In this document: positions 1-14,361 of the stretch, piece by piece
Layout of the letters: the number at the start of each line of letters is the position of its first letter
Position numbering within the stretch: the first letter of the stretch is position 1
Assembly (NCBI GenBank): GCA_000934665.2
Contig: KZ538325.1
Span: 1 to 64,000, forward strand
Length of the DNA: 64,000 nucleotides
From: Catajapyx aquilonaris
Taxonomy: Eukaryota
Direction: 5' to 3'
Program-made: the position numbers and the translations under genes
Notes under the pieces: model-generated
Told to the model about the DNA's origin: nothing
Seen by the model: the letters and a program-made list of their open reading frames with translations, nothing else
Database searches by the model: none

Positions 1-1372
1 AATGAAAATCTGATAGTGAGGGATTCATAGCTGCATATTGCTTTGAATAACTCACTATCAGATTTTCATTACAAAATTATAGCATGACCGACCTTTCTGC
101 GCATGCGTAGGCAGCGCCTCTGGTGGATGGCAGGAATAACTAGTTTGTAACTAGTCCGCCCCTGTAAGTTTGAAGAGCTTAGAATCCAGCAGTGTTGTAA
201 AAGTCCTTCCTAAATTTTAGTTGTCAAACACTGGTAAATGTGTCGTCGACAAAGACGCATTGTTAACCGGTTTGCTCCCCAGCGTGCGCTCTAGAATCCT
301 CTCCAGTGTGTCCAGATTAGCCCCAACGGCTTTTGAATGTACGCGGCTGATTACGTAACCATTCACATGCTGCACAGATCCTTAACTGCACCGACTTGCA
401 CGCAATCTTGTTAGTGCCGTATGTGTAACTTCACGGCAAGGGAATTAGCATATAGATGGAAAATCCGCTCCTCCTCTCCCTCCCTCCCTCACAAATCCTC
501 CCCGCCCAATGAATTACCCTCGACGTCACTTATCTGTGACCTTTTGAGCCTGTGACGCGGAATTATATTAGGTTCCCCCCCCTGAGTAAGAGGATAAAAG
601 GGGCACAACCAACCCTATGACAAGGATGGGGACCCATTGTTGCGACCAGCCTACTTCAGCAAAGAGCCGATATTCTAGCAGGGTGCATGCGGGCTTAGAA
701 TGAGGTGGTGATGTAGCATTCAGGAATTTTGGGAGAGTTATGGAGCCAGGTTAAGTGGTAGTGTCATATAGGGACACGAGAAATAATTTTTCCGTACTTA
801 ATTTAAAGCCGTTTTGTTCAACAGGTTCGGGTAGTTGGGGTAGATGGCGCCATTTGGATCACGTATCCTAGCGGTAAGTATCAGAACTATGGTATGCAGA
901 TGTCGCGCAATCTCATGAGGGATCGGAGCAGCCAAAATTGAGTATTGACTCGTGTAAATGCGACGATCTGGGACCGGTTCCGGAATGACTGCCAATGAGC
1001 TTGTCTTACATTCTCAAATATGGCGCTGGAGTTTCGCTGAAAGAAAAGCAGTAAAAAAAATGGATGAAACGGACGATGCTACGTGTTTCCTTCTGAATGT
1101 GTAACATCCACATGTATACCAAGCAGAAGACAGGGGGCTATTTTACGAGAGAAGTAGGGGGCGAGGAGAGATGGAATCGTTTCCATGGTTTTATGGACAA
1201 AAACTGGAGTTGGCAATGCATACATAGAGCAAGTTTTGTGGAGGATTGGTTTGTGTTACTGCAGGGTGCCAACTTGCCAATGCAGGTGTCCTACATTTTT
1301 GTGTGTGGTCATGCAGGTGTTGATCCACTGCAGGGTTCGACTGCAATGTGCTCGTAGTTTTTTTTTTTTTTT

Positions 1373-1409
1373 NNNNNNNNNNNNNNNNNNNNNNNNNNNN
1401 NNNNNNNNN
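1373..1409. other. Assembly gap (37 N) inside a poly-T tract
   Basis: Run of n flanked by T runs. Confidence 0.99.
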
Positions 1410-4400
1410 TTTTTTTTTTTTTTTTGTTGTGTTTGGGGGGGGGGGGGTCCATTTTTGTAGTTGAACCAACATGGCGCCAGAAAGAAAAACCACTTTCTCT
1501 AAGTGGTTCCTGAAGACAAAACAATGGGCCACAAAAGTGAGTACTCCAGTCAACTTGTAAAAACAGAATTAGAAAGACCCACAGCGACAGAGCGTCTATC
1601 ATAGAACCCTGTTTTCGAACTGTGACAGAATTTCTTAAAAATTGTCAACACCGGAGTCTGATGCCCCCCTTTTTTTCGGGGGGGAGGGGGGGGGGCTTGA
1701 TATTTTTTGGATATCCTGAAAAGGAGGTCCAAGGTTGACGCTGATGGTCGTTCGATAAAACTCGTTTTAAAAATAGTTGGCTCCCGCTAATGCTGTCGGT
1801 AAACAGTAGGTCCCATGTTGACACTGAACTGTTTTTTCGTGAAAAGACCAGATACATACGGCCTCCCATAATTCGGTGGAACATGCTACAAAACCTCTGG
1901 AATGTCAGCGACCGGAATGAAATGTGTGTGGTATAGTACCGTATATATACAGGGGGAATACCCTTCCCCCTCCAAAAAAAAAGTGGGGGGTAGAGTGCAT
2001 TAGCGTTAGTGTTGATAATCATTATTCCCAAATGGAAGTCGTGCTCGCCCGCAGGAGTTTTCCAGCGTGAACTTTAGTCGCGGTTGCGTAATGGATCCGG
2101 ACATTTCGCAGGCCGCATTGTGGCAATGCGACGGGGTTTCTTCCGGTATATGGTGTCATAGGGTTCGAATCCTTTTGACGTCGGATCCACCAAGGGAAAT
2201 GTAAAATGTGGGGGAAATCCGCACATTTTTGTGTTTATGCGATGGTTAATTACGCGTCCTGGACGCTACGTGGCGACACGAAGCCGCTGCGCTCTTACCG
2301 CAACGCAACGCACTGAAAATTCGTAACGGAAAGCGACTCGTAATGCGAGGGATCGCAACGTAATGTGGTGCGTAAATCGATGCGTAATTAGATGGGGATA
2401 TTTTCCCGGTTTTAGCGCCATAGACGCTGCTTGCAATCGTGTATAGGTGTATCGTATATGACGTATAGGTGTATCATGTAGGAACAATACCACTATCCTG
2501 ACCTAAGGAGGTCACTTCTCACAACCTACAAAATCTCTGCGTTACATAGACCTGTAGCATATGAAGGTTTGAATTTTCAAATAATTTCTATGGTGTTCTA
2601 ATATCTTTATAAGAAATTAAGTGAACCAGTAGAAAGTACAAATTCAGCACTACATTTAACAATCTCTACCTCAACTACTAACATGTACAGCAAGCCTGTC
2701 AAATTCACGAAATTGATCCGAACACTATACACCAAGTTGGAAGTACGCTTCGGCGCCATTTTTAATCCCAACTTTGTATTCAGGTCTCGGAGTCGCGCTA
2801 CATCATTGATCACTCTCATGTTGATTCATCCCCGGCTAGATATGTCACCTGGACACCCAGAATATAATAGGGAGGACGCCGTCGCGACATGGGCAAAAGG
2901 CACATTGCTATTGGGAATACCGCAGTGGTTTCTGGGGGCGGGGTCCTGCAATCCTAATGTGTTCCGTTTGCCAAAGCCCTTCTGGCCTCGTCGCATTAGC
3001 CACACCGCATCCTTAGCCCTTTTCGTCTTACGCAGCTCTTCGGCCAGGAAAAGGATCGATATGGAAGTAGCAAATTGGACTTGGAATGGGTTCAAAACTT
3101 TTGGCTCCACCCCTCCCTCTAGAAATATATTTTGCATCTCGGCAAACAATCAACACTGCGTCATGCCAATCATATGCGAGTTGTCGTGTTTTCCATGGGA
3201 ATTTACAATATGCATGGTCCACATTTGAATTGCAATGCAAGGAAATGTTGATATTCTGAACACACCTGCGGCGATGACAAATAGGGAGGACGAATAATAA
3301 AGGAAGCAAGGGGGATGGAGGACGAATTATTCACAACTTGCTTTTTTCAGGTTTTGAAAGCACGGGGGGAAATTTTTGTGGCGAGTACAAGCTGCCTTAG
3401 TTGTATTTTTGTGCGGTGTAACTAATTACAAAATTCAAAATAGTTTTTCTTTCAGGCTGGAAAGTTGGGGGCTTGCCGCATTGCATTGTACGGACACTGG
3501 CTATGCGGCAGTACCTGAATTTTGGTAGTAAAATTATAAAATATAATAGTTACTAGCCCAAACTAATAGCCTTGGTAAAGCACATAATGTCTTTGGGACA
3601 ATGAATAATGCGGGCATAGGTTAATCTCCTTACGCAAAGATTAGCAAGCATTAATATTGTGTGTAGCTGCAGTGTAAGTAGCTCTTAAATTACACCGGAT
3701 ATAAGACATATATAGGGTTGTTAACAAAAGCCCAACTTTTCCTGAGAGCAATTCGGATGCAAAAGAGCGGTTTGTAGCTCCAGACCTAATTGCCAACCAT
3801 GTAGAAACGACCTAAAAAAAGGGGGAAGGCCAGCAGATTAAAATTTCATGCCCAATATCCGCACTTGCGTGTAACACCTTAATTTGAATCATGCACTCAC
3901 GCCTCCTTCATTCTCCCGGAATGAAAACGCAGGCAACAAAGACGCTGATTCATTCATTATTAACCACGCTCCACAATGAGGCGAAGTAACTTGCGCAGTC
4001 TACATGAAACCTCGAGCCATTTTGGAGACATGTAATAATATGCCATGAATTTTGTATAGTATCATTTGTTTCCTACTAGATGGCGTTTGATAGTGTCCCT
4101 CCCGGTGTCCGAACCAATTTTTGAGGCGATTGTTCATTGCGCCACAAAATGTCTGAGTTACAAGGTTAGGCTGGTGAGAAAATGCACATAGACATTATGA
4201 GCGCCCTGAAGTTTATGAGGACTCCTATCCCCCCTCCATATATTCGTCCTGGCTTGATGTCTCCGCCATTTTGCCACTCCCTCAGAGGGGAAAAGGGGGA
4301 AGGTGGGGGAGGCATGGCAAGAGCGCTGAGAAACAATTCGGGAATGCCCCCTGGGCACTTTTACACACCCTTCACCCTCTGTAATTTCCTTTCTGGGAAC

Positions 4401-5334
4401 CTTTCCCTCCGCTGTTTACAGCCTTTCGGGATATTTACTACCCAGTAGAACTAACGTGTGTAGTAAAAGCCGGAAGTTAAGTGTTGGTTCTCTTCATCTC
4501 CATGCCTCTATTTCGCGGTCATTAGCTGGACGTGGACCTGGCTCATTTTGGGACGCCCCCTGTCCAGGCCTTGTCGCCCTGAATATGATACTTCTGCCAA
4601 ATTTCTAGCTTTTTATGCGGGTGTATACTGGTCATAACGGCATGCGCCATGTATAACGACTGCGGATGTAAAAGGGTCTGCAGATGATAGTGTAAATAGT
4701 GCGCATGTACCTTTATAAAATACGAAAAAGCACATTGCACTAAAAACAAAGATCGATCATTGAAAAAGCCTTCAGAGGAAGTTAAAGAATGAAGTATCTT
4801 TTCTTGCTCTCCATCAGAAGCTGTTCAGTCTTGAGCATCACTCGACTCAAGCTTCTCCGGATGTTACCAGAAGCAATTTCGATTCTTGCTATACCCCCCT
4901 TTTTGTGCCAGCTTTTACGAGTGTATCGCCAGTTAAATGCTTGAATTGCGAGTCTTTTCTTGCGCTTGTCGAAGCAAAGGAATCTCATAAAGTGAAGTAT
5001 TCTAGAGGAAAAACGGGTACGTTCACCTGATATGTGGTGTTAATGTTAGAACCAGAGTGCGCATGTTAATTTCTGGAGATTATTAATCAATGGAAAGCAA
5101 CTGACAGTTGGACCTCATCACACTGATATTAATGGACGCCCTAACTGGATGGAATCTAGCGCCGTCACTGGGATATTGACGAGATTCCATGGAGATCGAT
5201 GATGTTATCTGCTTATCATATTGCACCGGTGTGCACTCTTGCTGGATCGTTATTTCCTTCTATAATACACTATGTAGTGAAGTGATCGACAGGTCCCATA
5301 AGTGAAATAGCGATTTTTTTGGGGGGGGGGGGGT

Positions 5335-5362
5335 GCTGTCATCGAAATATTTCGATGACAGC
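5335..5362. repeat. Perfect 28-bp palindrome gctgtcatcgaaatatttcgatgacagc
   Basis: The sequence is its own reverse complement. Confidence 0.95.
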
Positions 5363-6920
5363 CGACCCACGACAATTTTGTAAGATACATTTCATTTCTT
5401 CGGTTCTGGAATTTGGGGGAGACTACGGATATTGCATTCCGCTAGGGACGATCCGGTGCAATAATTTCTTTCATTTGTCATGTGGGCAGGGATGACCACT
5501 CATGCGGGCCAGTTCCTGGGAGTTCAGATAAGAGAGCTAAGCCACCTGGTGAATATCTGCAGTGGATTTGACGAATCATCCTTCCAACGAACTTAGACAA
5601 ACTCTCCACATTCGGCAGACAATGTTTACATCTTTCGTCTACGAAAATGCTCTCAGTGGCTGTCTAGCACCGCCTACCTAAGGGAATTCTCCATGGCTTA
5701 CCTCATCTCCAAAGTTGTAGGAAGAAGTGCGTCGCGAAACATTACCAACGCATCTGTAATAACCACACTGTTGAAAAGGCAGGGAGCCCACCAAATTAAA
5801 CTTCCTTTTGTGCAGAAATTGGAATCGGAAGGAGAGCGGTTATGGAGAGTCCTTGGGACTTGAAGTACCCTCCTCTCCTTTTCATTTTTTTTTAGAAGAG
5901 AAGAGGAGGAAACTACCATTGGATGAGCTGGGTGGGGCAATGCTGAAAAGGAGAGGAGATTAATGAGGCGGCAACTCAGATGGAGATAGAGGGCAGTCGT
6001 CATTGCAGAGTCGTCATCCATGAAAAGGCAGATGCAAAGACCCTTCCATCTTGGACGGAAACTGGACAGACGAGGACTTGAGTTTCACATCAGATTAGCT
6101 TTGAAGTTGCTGACGCCATTTTTCAGGGTGTTGATGGCCTCTCTTGTCCTTGAAATGGCTTCTAGGAGAGCTCCCTTGAGGGGGCTAGTGCGGGTGAGGA
6201 CGAATTAATGCTCCTGAATGGCACTGAGAAGTGGTTGGAACTATGGGGATAGTTCGAGGATTTATGGCCGGGTGGTTAAATTGTAATCATTTTATATAAA
6301 GAGAGGGGGAAATCGATTGGTGGGAAATATATTTTTGAGGGCAAAGTTTTGATTGCTTTTGGATAGGCTTAACGTTTAACTGGGCTCTGGTGGTTAAATC
6401 GGAGTAATTTTGCTTGTAGGTTGGATCGATCCGTTAGCCATTCGGTTGTGGTGACCAATACTCTCTTAGATCCACTTGTGTGGATGCAAATTAGGGTAAT
6501 ACGATTATACACTGCCGGTTTTTACAATAGTGAAAATTAAATAGTTTCAAGCATTTTAAGTATTCTGTATGAACTGCAATGTTTATGTAACATGCTGTAA
6601 ATCTGATCAAATGGCACTATTCATTACAGTATTTACCCAATGCACACAAGAGTTCGCCTCCAACGTAGCTTTTGAGTACAAAGTTTTAAAGGGTGGAATA
6701 TCCCGTTTGCAGCGATGTAACTCGAGTCATACAGTGTGTGACATTCTTGCCAGGAGATTTCCCTACAGTACTAGTCTAATCCCAAAGCAAGTATGGCGTA
6801 CAGACCTGCATAACCTTACAACTTACAGAAACTTTTGGGCATTCAGTCTACAGGGGGTGCATTGAACGTACAATCCTAATTGAGTTTTTTTCTAGACAGT
6901 TGAACGTTTCCCTCAGAGAG

Positions 6921-6925
<5 letters not shown>

Positions 6926-6979
<54 letters not shown>
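6926..6979. repeat. (AG)n microsatellite, ~27 units
   Basis: Directly visible perfect dinucleotide run. Confidence 0.98.
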
Positions 6980-6984
<5 letters not shown>

Positions 6985-9900
6985 TCCATTTAAGAGGCAG
7001 CCCAGGAAAGCACGATGAAATATCTCCACGAGAACTTTCTTTCTCTCGAAAAGAGATAAAGTTTAAAAATTCACCGGTGGCATTAGATTTCTAGGTACAC
7101 GGAAAATCAGATCCTATGTATATATGCTAGAACGAGCCTTTCATGATTAAAATCCGAGAAAGGAAAACCGCGAAGCGAAGTCGAAGCCACTTGGAACAAA
7201 CTATATTAATATTAATGGCGATTTCAAAGTTTTCTTTTTTAAAAAAAATCTGTGTGTTTGTTTCTTCCAATATGAAATGCTTCTTATGTGCTGCTGTTTC
7301 TTTGTAGAATTTGTGTAAGTTACCAGAAAATACTCTATAGGGACTGTTCCGCAGGGTATCATCACATGCTCTTGTCTATTAGAATAAATAAATGAACTAA
7401 CTTGTAACATCCACGTTAAAAAATCATGAGTGTAGAGGTTGAAAATGAAATGTATTTTTAATGTTGAGAATTCACATTAATTTTTACAACCTGCTCGTGT
7501 TTTCTATGTTACGCTCATGGAAACACTTTTTTTTCCCAGGTTTCATTATTGTAGACTCAGCTGGCGTGACGCGGGCGCGAAAACGAGGACCGAACTTGGC
7601 GCGATAATATTGGCAAGCGGAACCACCAACCTGAATGGAAAATTGGGAAACCCACGCTTTTGCAGGAAAGAGAGAGCGAATTGCTAGGGGTATATAAAAA
7701 TAGTCTACTCGGCAGTAGAAATGATTCGAGTTCTGGGGCTAAACACAGCCGTAAAATAGCCTGTAAATTCCCGGGGCATATTGGTTTCCACGGGAACTAA
7801 TTGCGAAACTTACAGGTTTATGGAATCAGGCTCTGTCAGGATGGATGAAATAATTTGGGCGAATGCGGACCCGTTTGGATTTGGCGCTTTGATTAAACCT
7901 GGGGCTCCGGCTTTATGGAATGCAATTTCCTTTTGAAATTCGGAAACAACACTTGCATCCGGAAGTCTCTTTGAGATCATAATCCTCTCCTACTTCCTCC
8001 TAGAAAATTATGAAATAGAGTTTTGACTCGTTTCTACGAGTCAGTCGGCTGGGCAAATACGATAGCGACCGCAATTAGCATAAGGTCTCTAGTTTTATAG
8101 CGGCCTTTACAAGACAAACGGACGTGGTTAATGGGACGAGGACTGCTGCAGAGTGGACGCGGATGTAGACCGTTACACGTGCCCGGGAATTGTGTTGTCT
8201 GTGTAAATATGCAGTGTGTGCTCTACGTGGGACAAACTGGTCAGAACTGTCACACACGAAGATCCGATACAGGACAGTACTGCAAAAATACTGTCAAAAC
8301 AAAACCCAAACGGTCATATTCGTGACGCCACAAGGATTAGTTCGCACTATAGCCACTGGGCGCGCTTTGCTGTCCGGCGAACCCTGGGCGAACCGGGCCG
8401 TGATGACGTCTATGGCTGATGTAATATTTAAATAGTGGTTATGAACATCACACGATAGAAGCCTTTATTTGATTATTCTCCCCAGCAATTCGGGTGAGAA
8501 GAACCACACAAATCCCAAAGTAGACAACCGCAGCAGGTTTGAAATATAAAGCTGGGGCGCTGGGAGACATGTTTCAGGCCTGGGTTTGTGCCCTCACGTA
8601 GTTAGCACCGTGGAACTTGCAGTAAAAGGACTCCGAAAGAGAGAGACGTGATCTCAGGTAAAAGAGGTCCAGTTCTAACCATTAGTTCCCCCGTGAGTGA
8701 TACACACCACTCTAGAGAATACCCTCTATAAGCCTATATACCGTTGGTTGGGGGCAACAAGTTCAGACCAAGCCTAGGCTATTTCTCATCTGTTTCTGAA
8801 GTGGGCCTCATTCTTTAGACAAAAGCAGGCTGGTAGTGGTTCTTGCAAATCGACAGCGGTAAGAAGCGATATATTCTCCAGTTGGGATTCTCCGAGTCAG
8901 ATCCACGACCATAACCCATCGTAGAAACAACCTTTGGGTCTCATTGGCACTTGAGGAACCAAATCTGACTTCATTAAAAAGTCGTTCTCGATGCGAAAGG
9001 AGTCTCATATTTTATTGTTATTTCAAGTACGTATCTGCACACGGCCATTTTAGGCTCATGAAAAATTCATGTAGACTTGCCGTTAGTAAACATGGGGACC
9101 GGAAATGTGCAGTGTGGACAAGGACCAGAAAAACTGGGGACACTTTAAAAAAAAATGTCGCCTGCTGCACAGGAAGCGTGATCACGAAAGTTCCGGCTTG
9201 AAGCAGCAGAAATAACGGCTCTCGGCATAGCTGGTGCCATGTAATAAACCGGGGGAGAGATAGCACCCAGTTTGCAAAAAATGGCCAGGGTGTTCGTAAT
9301 TAATTAACCTTTCATAAAGCTAAGTGGACACTTCTAGCTAGAAGCGTTGGCGGGAATTATCACGTGCGAGGAACGACAAAAAAAAACCGTGGATGAATAG
9401 ATGTCTGCAATATTATCTCTAGAGTTTGTCCGAGTAACTATTGGAATTTTGCAAAATGCAATATTTTGGCTAATTTTAGTGTCGCTTCTTGCGTACCAGA
9501 GGAACATGATTTTTTTTTACGAAAATGAGATCGTTTGCAATATCTGAGCAAATTTGCAAAAGGTAGCCTTACTTTGGTTGTTGCTCAGGGCGATCCAATT
9601 ATGATGAGCAACGCCAATTAATGTGGATGTAGGCCCAGCGGCAGTAATAATACGCAGTGTTGTCTGTTCCCACGTTTTCTATATACGAAAGAGCTAGCAT
9701 AGTTAATAATAAAAAATTAGAGGTAAGAGTACATATTTACCTTAAATATATTTCGAAATAACGAGTATCAAATGACGGAGGCTTTGAAACATGCAGGGAT
9801 GTACTATAATAATGACGTAAATTGTGTTTACGGTGCGAAGTTGCGGGTCCAAAGTAAACATTTGTCACCCCTGCAACAACGCGTCATAAACAATGTACGG

Positions 9901-11940
9901 GTTGGTAGTTATTCATACTTAGGAACAGTTGCACACTGGCACGCACTAGCTTTGCCTATTCAAAATTATAGTCAATTTTTTATGCACGACAATTATTTTG
10001 AAAAATACTTTTGTACTGCCCAAATCATATTTTTTGACCTATACAACTTTATAGTATATCCCTGTCTGACATACGATACAGGCTATTCCTCCCATCAATC
10101 AATTTTGCAATCAAAACCAGTAACACGAACACTTTATTGAAAATCAGAGTCGCATCATGCAGGTACCAACCTCGCAGTGCCGTAATCCTGACAACACTGG
10201 TACCGCACCCTAACCACACCACGTCTCTCTGGAACACAACAAAACAGAGGCTTCTCTTTTGTAGCATGCCCGAATAATACGTACCGTACAGCGGTTAGAG
10301 GTCCATTCGCGAAGGGCTTACTGGCTCCGAAATAACTATGCGTCAACATCCCAGGTCCCCAACTGTACACAACCAGGGTAAACGCGCTAGTTTGACATTT
10401 CCCCAGAGGGGGCAGAGCTGTTTGTTGATACAAAATCTTCATTTTATCACATAGTTTACGCAATACTAGGTACTAGGATGCCTAGTCATTTCAACCCAAC
10501 CTTGCTTGATTGGGACCACTAGTTTTTTTTAAAAAAAAAGTGTGTCTATAGACAGGATCGAGCTAAGGATTTTTATAGCCTCAGACTTTCAATTTTCTTT
10601 ATAATCTGATATGGCATCGATTTTCAATTTATTTTCGCCGCGCGAGACGTTTCATCTATGAATTTATGCATGTTTATAACGTCTCAGGCCTAGCCCCCTT
10701 TTGCAGACAAGGAGCTCAAGGAAGAGGGTGTCTGACTGTGAAGCGCTGTCACAAAAGTTGCATAGCGATATATTACCCTCCGAGAAAGTGCGATAAAAGT
10801 GTGTGTATCCAAAATTGTATTGAGACCTTCAGATATGTCAGTTCATTTTTGGATTGCATATACAAAAACGTAAGATATGTGACATAACAATTTTTTTAAA
10901 TAGAATTTGTAATAATTATTTTAACTAATTAGCTTACTGGACAGCGGTTAAATTTTTGTATCTCTCGAATTTTTTTTTTGCGTACTCTGATGAGGCTAAT
11001 CTGGGCTGGGCAAAAATGCTGCGACATTTACTAATTACAAGCTCCTTCCTTCCATGAAAATAATTGAGCCACTTGCACGCCACATTTTAAAACCTGAATT
11101 TTTCCTCTCCTGCCTGATTTTTTTTTTTCGAGAGGGTAAGCCCGGTTTTCTGTTGACATGTTCCTCCCATCTCCAGCCTGAAGCATGTTAATGCGATTAA
11201 TAGCGAACCTCTGCCCTCTGGATAGTTCAATTTCACATCCACGCACTCTCTTCCTATATATGTAACATCCGTCATGAACTTACTAATTAGTATGAATTGC
11301 CGAGCCCAAGAACTTTACGGCCCTAACATTTCTCTTGATTTTCAGATGCGCAGATGGCGGATATAACAACAAGAATTTATGGCCTGGCCACGTATCGAAG
11401 GTAGAAACTCAGTATCGATCTGTTGCTATCAAAATTTCTCGCTCGTTGACGACGGTCTGGGAGTTCTGTGGTCTTAAAGCCCAGACCTCCTCCATTTCTC
11501 CAACAGTTCTCAAGGAAAAGAAAAGGGAGGAAAAAAACCTAGATTTTTTTTCCGTGGCTGGATTTTCCGGAAGGGTGAACTCAAAATCTCCTTAAATTCT
11601 ATTATGCACGAAGTGGCGTAGAAAATGAAACAGAATATTCTCCGATGAAGCAGCAATCCAATATTTCAAAAGCAGAATGCATAATTTAGTGTGTAGGCTA
11701 GCTCGGCGATTTCTTCCAGCAAGGACTGGGCGTCGTTAGCTGGGTGCTATAAGGAAATTTTTATTTCGTTTACCAAATTCAATCAGATCTCCGGATAAGA
11801 AATGGGAAAACGACGATGAATTTGAGATACTTCCAAAAACAGTGAACATTCCAGTCTTGTCATGGCTATGGGGATCCTTATGGCCTTTTAAAGTAACACA
11901 TTATTTTGTTATAACCGATAATGTATTATTCACATTATTA

Positions 11941-12060
11941 TTTACTGTATTAGTATTCATATTAGTATTATTTATTGTATTAGTATTCATATTAGTATTA
12001 TTTGCTGTATTAGTATTCATATTAGTATTATTTACTGTATTAGTATTCATATTAGTATTA
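11941..12060. repeat. 30-bp minisatellite x4 (tttactgtattagtattcatattagtatta) in an AT-rich tract
   Basis: Four near-identical adjacent units. Confidence 0.95.
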
Positions 12061-14294
12061 TTCATGACATTATTTTATTTTCATAACAGTTATAAAAATT
12101 TTATATTATTATTTGTTATTACTTATTGTTTTATTCATATCATTAGTGTTTATTATTTTGTTGTGATTTTATTGTATATATTGTTTTATTGTGATTATTA
12201 TTATTATTGCTGATGTTATTAATATGAAAATGTGTCCCAGAAAAAGAGCACTTATCATGCCTCCCAAGTTATATATGAATAATAGTGTGAACAGCTAGTA
12301 CTTAGCCAGTACACTCATATCGCATGGGATACACGACCCATCCAAAGTTGAAACTCGACAAGGGATCACCCCTTTTTGCGCTAATGTGCAATAATTTATA
12401 ATTCAACAAGTCATAGGAGCTTACAAAACAGGACGGGTGTTCCATAAATAATTCCGATACAATTAGCGCATAGTACGCAAAGCCAACAAAATTGAACCAG
12501 GCTGCGAATCTTGATCCCAGAATTGATGAATCGAGCGACTGTAACCGGAAATGTTTTCCAGGTTTTTTTCCCCCCTCCTATAGTCTCTTCCGCCCCCTCC
12601 GGAAAATGTTGAATCTAGCCACTCCTCCCCGAACTATGGCCGCTCTAATCCCATTATTTTCATGGTCGTACTGTGATGGAAACAGACAGGAAGTTCCTAC
12701 CTGTCTGTCTCATCCATAATCGTATTTCCGCACAAGTTATTACCTTATTCCCACCTTCTGAAACTTGATAAAAAATGGCTGCCTCTTTAAATGCTTCAGA
12801 ATATTATATGGCTAGAGTGTAACTTTCTCTGCAGGGTTTTTATCCCTCAGACCAAAAACTAGACCACTTTCTAGATTTTCGCCTGACAAGCAAAATCTCT
12901 GAACTTTTCTCTCTTTAGACGAGCGAAACAAAAAAAAAAAAAAATGGAAGGAGGAAGCGTTGTCTCGGAGACAAAAGGGCGTCTCGAGGTAGAACTGTGC
13001 TTGGGATGGAAACCGGCAGCCTTCCTGTAGAACAATGGTCGGGCCGCCGTTTCGTTTTGACTGATGGTTGGGGGAATGAATGCGAAAAGGACCAAATCGA
13101 TCTATGTCCGCATTAGGCATTCTATATGACACTGCATAAAAGTAGTGGCTGAATTTGATATAAGTTATTAAAATTATTGGATTATGTACCATTTTCAAGT
13201 CAGTACTATATGGACGGAATCGGTACATAAATTATTACAGTTTCAGATTAATTAATATGAATTATTTTGAGCTAGTTTACAACATTGGTGTGAAGAACAG
13301 GATCCGGCCTCATCAGGGGCTAATTAGACTAGACGGGATCAAAAAACTGTGTGTTCTATTGTTTTCCTGAACACCGCTAATCCGGGTGAAAACTGTGAAC
13401 GTGCAGTGCCATATTTTATTTGCGTAACAACCCCGGATGATGCGGGAGTTAGCGGCGCTAATTATTTAAATTGTGTACTGTAGCGTAATTAGGCAGAATA
13501 TGTTGTGCTGGAAACCCAAATCTAATGGCATATAGATCAGGTCTGAGATAGGACACGTGGGGGTTATAACAAGGGCGGGCCTGCCAGAGCTCCACATTTG
13601 CATATTTTCCTTGTCGTCATATGCAAAGCAAACGTAATGTGAGGCAGAGGTCCCTAAAAGTTGGGCCAAATGTGTATCGAGAAAGGTGGACTCCAAACTA
13701 CGGTAACATTCACATGGATTTGTCCATTTAAATGCAATTGAGCTTAATGAGTCCCTGTGTTTTTGTTGGGAAGCAATTTTAATGCCTAGGGTAATTTAAC
13801 GTGGACCCCCCCCCCCCCACTCGCAATTGTACAAGTCCCCAGGAAACCGAGTATTGTGTTGATAACCCAGAGGGTGTACGGTACATTTACAGCAACTGGA
13901 GCAGCTTCGATCTGCATTTGAATTACAAATAGACACAGCTTTAAAGTGATAAAGAGGTTTGTCGGCTCTTTTGGCAAGACTGCATGGCATCATTCCCGTT
14001 GGGCATCCCAGAGCTCAACCAGTCACACACATGACTGCTTTTCTCTTATTTCCTTACTCCATTTCCGAGCCCTCTGGAGCCCACAAAAAAAAGCGAGGGG
14101 TTTATTATAGCTGCACTGGCATTTACAGATGCAGTGTTAGATACGCTAACCATCAGGGACTGCCGCCATTTTGGATGTAAAGAAGAAGCCACCATCTTGC
14201 ACTGTATAGCATAGCGACTATAATCATAAAGGATGGTAACAGAGGCTACATAAAGCTTAAAAAGTTTTTTTCCTGATAAAAGAAACACGAGCCG

Positions 14295-14361
14295 AGCGCC
14301 TCCAGCGTGACGCTTTACAAGTAGCTGGCAGTTAGTTGTAAGGCGTCACGCTTGAGGCGCT
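14295..14361. repeat. 67-bp near-perfect palindrome
   Basis: The 33-bp arms agcgcctccagcgtgacgctttacaagtagctg / cagttagttgtaaggcgtcacgcttgaggcgct differ at 4 positions. Confidence 0.9.

Noticed and set aside
819..831. 13-bp reverse-complement match to LTR copy A
   Set aside because: Matches of this length are expected by chance in 64 kb, and this one does not extend.
2683..3309. Overlapping 93-181-aa ORFs and a strong minus-strand acceptor near 3265
   Set aside because: No frame resembles the CNG C-terminus or any family I recognise, and the phase-1 reading hits a stop within about 40 codons.
10985..11020. Hammerhead ribozyme core CTGATGAG (also at 13308 on the minus strand and CTGATGA at 19339)
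   Set aside because: No properly placed stem II plus GAAA, and no closing stems.
11842..12213. 123-aa hydrophobic 'membrane protein' ORF (also 21183-21440 and 51221-51427)
   Set aside because: These are translations of minisatellites.
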